From assembly GCA_963675755.2 (NCBI GenBank), contig CAXXMD010000003.1:1056001-1120000 (forward strand): DNA of 64,000 nucleotides. The letters run 5' to 3'. This stretch comes from a bacterium (GTDB taxonomy: Bacteria; Zhuqueibacterota; Zhuqueibacteria; Residuimicrobiales; Krinioviventaceae). Shown one piece after another: positions 60,287 to 64,000 of the stretch; position 1 is the stretch's first letter, and each line of letters opens with the position of its first letter. Position numbers and translations under genes: made by a program. The notes below the pieces were generated by a model, which ran no database searches, had not been told where the DNA came from, and saw only the letters and a program-made list of their open reading frames with translations.

Positions 60287-62005
60287 TTACTCTCCCCTCA
60301 ACTCTATATTTACATACCAGTTACCATTCTCTCTGCCGTAATCCAGGCCCCACTTGCCAGAAAAACTCTCTTCCAATCGCGCACGTACATATTTAAGCCC
60401 CATACCTTCTTCAAGACCCTTGTCATCATCAGCGGTATGCTCATTACCCACCGTATTCTTTAATGTATAACGGGTATAACCATTTTCCTTTTTACCGGAC
60501 AAGTAAAAAGTACCGCTTTCATAAGCTTCATACGCATGGGTTATGCCATTTTCAATCAAGGTATGAAACAGCATAGGCGGCACCATTGCCGCATTATCCA
60601 GATCATCTACAATCAATTCATAATGAGCGCTTTTACGCAGTCCCATGATCTGCAAATGCCTCTGGCAAAGCTCAACTTCTTTATCGATACGAATGGTACG
60701 TTCAGAAGAGATTTTATTAATAATCCTGAATTCATCGGCAAGGGCACGGATCAACTCTATGGCCTTTTCAGGGTGCGTCTTGATTAAGGATATGATGGTT
60801 AGCAGTGTATTCATTAAAAAATGCGGCTGAATATTCTTTTTTAACAGGTCCGCTTCCAACCTGGCATTGTGCAATTGTACATGCTGCAACTCTTTTTCCT
60901 GACGACTCACCTGCCGGCTGATAGACAATAACGCCAGAAATACAAAAATAAAATCCGGATAAAAGCCGGTGCTGAATCCCAGTTGCATTACAAAACCAAT
61001 ATTAAAATCCAGCGTTACCAGTAACAACCCGATAAAAACCAGTATACTGCTGGGACGTTTGTTAATCACAGCCCAAAGACTCAAAGCAAGGGTATAAAAC
61101 ATGACAATGGGTGTATATCGGATCGCTACAAAAACATAAATAAAAATAAATACTGCCAATTGCAGTAAAAGATGCAGCTTTTTCCGGGGTATATCGAAAA
61201 AGTATAATACAAACAATCCTAAAAATACATACGAAAGCGGATCAAATACCTGAACAAACCCCATCATCAGATCATTATATTTCATGGAAATGGGATAGCT
61301 GTAAAGGAGATAAATATACAAGGTAAAAATACCATATCCTATACGGTGCATACCAAAGAAAAAATAAGAAGTATGCCGCGTACCAATAAACAAGGCCAGG
61401 CTAAGCATAATCGCCAGCAGTTCAAATCCGTTTTTAAAATGATAAACCGGTATGGTTTTGCCCCGAATGTTCTTCATATTATTTTCAAAAGTAAAATAAA
61501 TACGATACCGTTTATAAATCTTTTGAAAATCGTTATTCACCCGCACAGCAAGTAAATGTTCGCCCGGTTCCAGCAGATTCTGAGGAATTATACAACTTTT
61601 TATCATATCGCCATATTGAGGAGGAGTCGTATCTGGGTCCCCATTGGTACCAATCAATTGGCCATCCCAGTAAATCTGAAATGCTTTGGCAAGTTGAATC
61701 GCTGTAATGATGGGCATATCCGTTTGATCCACGGAACCAGTGATGTTAAATTTCTTCCGGAACCAGACAACGGGCAGCTCTGTATTTTTCTTTTTAATAT
61801 CTTTTGATTGCTGCCATAAAGAATCGTTGTACGCAGGGTCCGCCCACTCCTGTTCGTCACCCGCTTTGAACTTCCAGCCTGCCAGGGGATAAATAATTTT
61901 GTTCTCAAGAGAAATTTCATAGGGAGGTAGAACCGTATCCTGACCGATTAATTCAGAAAACAGGACCAGAACAACAAAGAAATATATAAAAACATGTTTT
62001 TTCAT
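60287..62005 (-). CDS. LytS-type histidine kinase with a periplasmic GH2-like sugar-binding domain and ~7 TM
   Basis: GWKFKAGD..WADP..WFRKKF; IQPHFLMNTL, TLIENGITHA and GMGLKYVRARL motifs. Confidence 0.88.
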   Translation of the reverse strand: MKKHVFIYFFVVLVLFSELIGQDTVLPPYEISLENKIIYPLAGWKFKAGDEQEWADPAYNDSLWQQSKDIKKKNTELPVVWFRKKFNITGSVDQTDMPIITAIQLAKAFQIYWDGQLIGTNGDPDTTPPQYGDMIKSCIIPQNLLEPGEHLLAVRVNNDFQKIYKRYRIYFTFENNMKNIRGKTIPVYHFKNGFELLAIMLSLALFIGTRHTSYFFFGMHRIGYGIFTLYIYLLYSYPISMKYNDLMMGFVQVFDPLSYVFLGLFVLYFFDIPRKKLHLLLQLAVFIFIYVFVAIRYTPIVMFYTLALSLWAVINKRPSSILVFIGLLLVTLDFNIGFVMQLGFSTGFYPDFIFVFLALLSISRQVSRQEKELQHVQLHNARLEADLLKKNIQPHFLMNTLLTIISLIKTHPEKAIELIRALADEFRIINKISSERTIRIDKEVELCQRHLQIMGLRKSAHYELIVDDLDNAAMVPPMLFHTLIENGITHAYEAYESGTFYLSGKKENGYTRYTLKNTVGNEHTADDDKGLEEGMGLKYVRARLEESFSGKWGLDYGRENGNWYVNIELRGE

Positions 62006-62258
62006 TATCAACCAAACCGTAAATGTGTATAAATATAAACAGCTTGTTTCAATATACAAGCTGAAAATTAAAAATCACTAAAAAATATGTTTAAAAGAAA
62101 CAAAAAAAATACATTTTTATATGTTTTGCAAGAAAATCCTTGATAAATTTGAATATTCTCAATACATATTAATATATCGAATTCAGATTTCTATATTGTT
62201 CCCACACTCTCTCGATGATATTCCGACAGGCATTAAACAACCTAACAGGAGGCAAACC

Positions 62259-62594
62259 ATGTCTTATACGTTTGATGAACTCAAACATAAAACAGTAGCC
62301 GACCTCCGGGAAATTGCCAAAGGTATTGAAAATGAGGCAGTTCAAGGCTACACACAAATGAACAAAGAGCATTTACTCGAAGGAATTTGTAAAGCCCTTG
62401 ATATCGATATGCATGTGCATAAACATATCGAGGGAGTTGATAAATCCGGTATCAAGAAAAAGATCAAAAGCATGAAAGTACAGCGCGACAAGCTGCTTGC
62501 AACTCCGGGCTATGATAAACATGAATTAAAATCGTTAAGACGAAAAATCCATCATTTGAAAAACGACCTACGTAAAGCAATGGTAAAAGATTGA
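62259..62594 (+). CDS. Small basic protein with Rho N-terminal-like helical domain
   Basis: ELKHKTVADLREIAK..GYTQMNKEHLL; RBS AGGAGG; Lys/Arg-rich coiled C-terminus. Confidence 0.7.
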   Translation: MSYTFDELKHKTVADLREIAKGIENEAVQGYTQMNKEHLLEGICKALDIDMHVHKHIEGVDKSGIKKKIKSMKVQRDKLLATPGYDKHELKSLRRKIHHLKNDLRKAMVKD

Positions 62595-62600
62595 GAATAC

Positions 62601-62633
62601 AGGCCGGTTTCGTCTCTGATGCCGGCCTTTTTT
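62601..62633 (+). terminator. Intrinsic terminator
   Basis: AGGCCGGT/GCCGGCCT stem followed by a T run. Confidence 0.8.
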
Positions 62634-62676
62634 ATAAGGATAATTCGTACAGTTCGCTTCAATTGAGAGGTAGTTT

Positions 62677-63753
62677 ATGCAAAATCTGTCCCTGGTACCA
62701 ACACCGGATACGATTCCGGCTCCGTCCTGGATATTCCTGAGTCTGGATGTCATCACATTTATTATTCACCTGTTATTCATCAACATTGTTGTTGGCGGAA
62801 CACTCATCATGCTCTTTTCCCGCTTGAAAGATGATTCTCAGCCACTGCAAAACCGTCTTCACCAAACCATTGCAGGCAAGGTTCCCACAACCTTTGCTCT
62901 GGGCATCAATTTTGGAGTTGCTCCTCTGCTTTTCATCCAGGTGATTTATGGTCATCTGTTTTACTCCAGCTCTGTATTGATGGCTGTATTCTGGATTTTG
63001 ATCATCCCGTTATTGATCATTGCATATTATGGCGCATATATCCATATCCGTCGTTACGATTCTGCTCTGTTATCAAAAACCGCACTCGCATTTACGGCGA
63101 TAATACTACTCTATGTCGCTTTTATTTTTGTAAACAATATGACGCTTATGGTCCAACCCGAAAACTGGAGCGCCTATTTCTCACATCGGGCGGGCAATTA
63201 CCTCAATCTTTCCGAACCCACCCTGGCACCCAGATACCTGCACTTTCTAACGGCATCGGTTGCGGTTGCGGGAATGTTTATGGCCCTGTTGTGGTACCTG
63301 AAACAGCGCAAAGGCGAAAAGGGTGCTGATGTAAAAATGAAAAAATCATTACAAATTTTTGCTATCGCCACATCTGTTCAGGTCATTGTAGGATTCTGGT
63401 TCCTGCTGGCCATCCCCAAAGCATTCATGTTACAGTTCATGGGACAAAATATACTCTATACCATTATCCTGATGATCGGTATATTGCTGGCAATTGGCGC
63501 CATCATAACCGGATTTCTGGGAAAATTCATTCCGGCTTTTGCGCATCTGCTTGTTACAATCATCATTATGGTCATAACCCGCATGAATCTGCGCAGCATG
63601 TATCTGGACAGATTCTTTAATACTGACAGCCTGGTCCTAAAACCACAGTACAGCATACTGGCATTATTTTTACTGGTCTTTGTAACCGGACTCGTTATCG
63701 TAGCATATATGATCAAACTTGCTGTAACAGCTAATCAGAGGAGGGCCGACTGA
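62677..63753 (+). CDS. Polytopic membrane protein, divergent cytochrome bd subunit I-like
   Basis: About 9 TM; FIIHLLFIN..GG, FGVAPLLFIQV.Y and RYLHF motifs. Confidence 0.6.
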   Translation: MQNLSLVPTPDTIPAPSWIFLSLDVITFIIHLLFINIVVGGTLIMLFSRLKDDSQPLQNRLHQTIAGKVPTTFALGINFGVAPLLFIQVIYGHLFYSSSVLMAVFWILIIPLLIIAYYGAYIHIRRYDSALLSKTALAFTAIILLYVAFIFVNNMTLMVQPENWSAYFSHRAGNYLNLSEPTLAPRYLHFLTASVAVAGMFMALLWYLKQRKGEKGADVKMKKSLQIFAIATSVQVIVGFWFLLAIPKAFMLQFMGQNILYTIILMIGILLAIGAIITGFLGKFIPAFAHLLVTIIIMVITRMNLRSMYLDRFFNTDSLVLKPQYSILALFLLVFVTGLVIVAYMIKLAVTANQRRAD

Positions 63754-64000
63754 TGAATTATCCGATATGGGAACTGACAAACATTGGCGGCGGCACAATG
63801 ATCGCCCTTATCTCTGTTATTCACGCCTATGTAGCACATCTCGCAGTAGGTGGAGGTATTTTTATCTGGTTGACTGACCTTAAAGGGTTTCGGGAAAACA
63901 GTAAAGACGTTCACAAATATGTCTATAAACACACCAATTTCTTTTTATTATTAACAATGGTGTTTGGCGGTATTACGGGTGTGGGCATCTGGTTCATTAT
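63753..64000 (+). CDS. CydA-like membrane protein, partial (runs off the window end)
   Basis: Absent from the ORF track; TGATG overlap; MNYPIWELTNIGGGTMIALISVIHAYVAHLAVGGGIF...TMVFGGITGVGIWFI. Confidence 0.7.
   Translation, partial: MNYPIWELTNIGGGTMIALISVIHAYVAHLAVGGGIFIWLTDLKGFRENSKDVHKYVYKHTNFFLLLTMVFGGITGVGIWFI

Overview
AT-rich bacterial chromosome segment. Secreted proteins with a C-terminal 'NYPNPFNP' FlgD-Ig domain and many Tat-exported sugar enzymes suggest a KSB1/Calditrichota-like FCB lineage (inference only). Most of the window is extracytoplasmic carbohydrate utilisation: GH2, BNR/sialidase-like proteins, a SASA-GH43 fusion, GH39, PL22, two GH28, a sulfatase, six Tat-exported Gfo/Idh/MocA oxidoreductases, three DUF1080 3-ketoglycoside hydrolase domains, an aldo/keto reductase and GntP. 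It also carries a signal-peptide Ni-SOD, a radical SAM-PolX-like fusion, an ArsR-DUF2087-GIY-YIG fusion, a LytS/LytTR pair, two large FlgD-Ig proteins and a cytochrome bd-like pair. I saw no rRNA, tRNA, CRISPR array or transposase. The most unusual signals are non-coding: (i) a GxxExxY nuclease-fold gene enclosed by ~38-bp inverted repeats built of CACGAAT heptamers, with gene-less relatives at 16.1-16.6 kb and 47.85-48.5 kb; (ii) a mosaic palindrome unit repeated on both sides of an epimerase gene; (iii) a structured ~210-nt leader and a terminator-linked direct repeat bracketing a low-GC two-gene block. A discoidin/GT-C/signal-less ApbE operon converging on a GT2 is also notable. All calls come from motif reading by eye; no database search was run.
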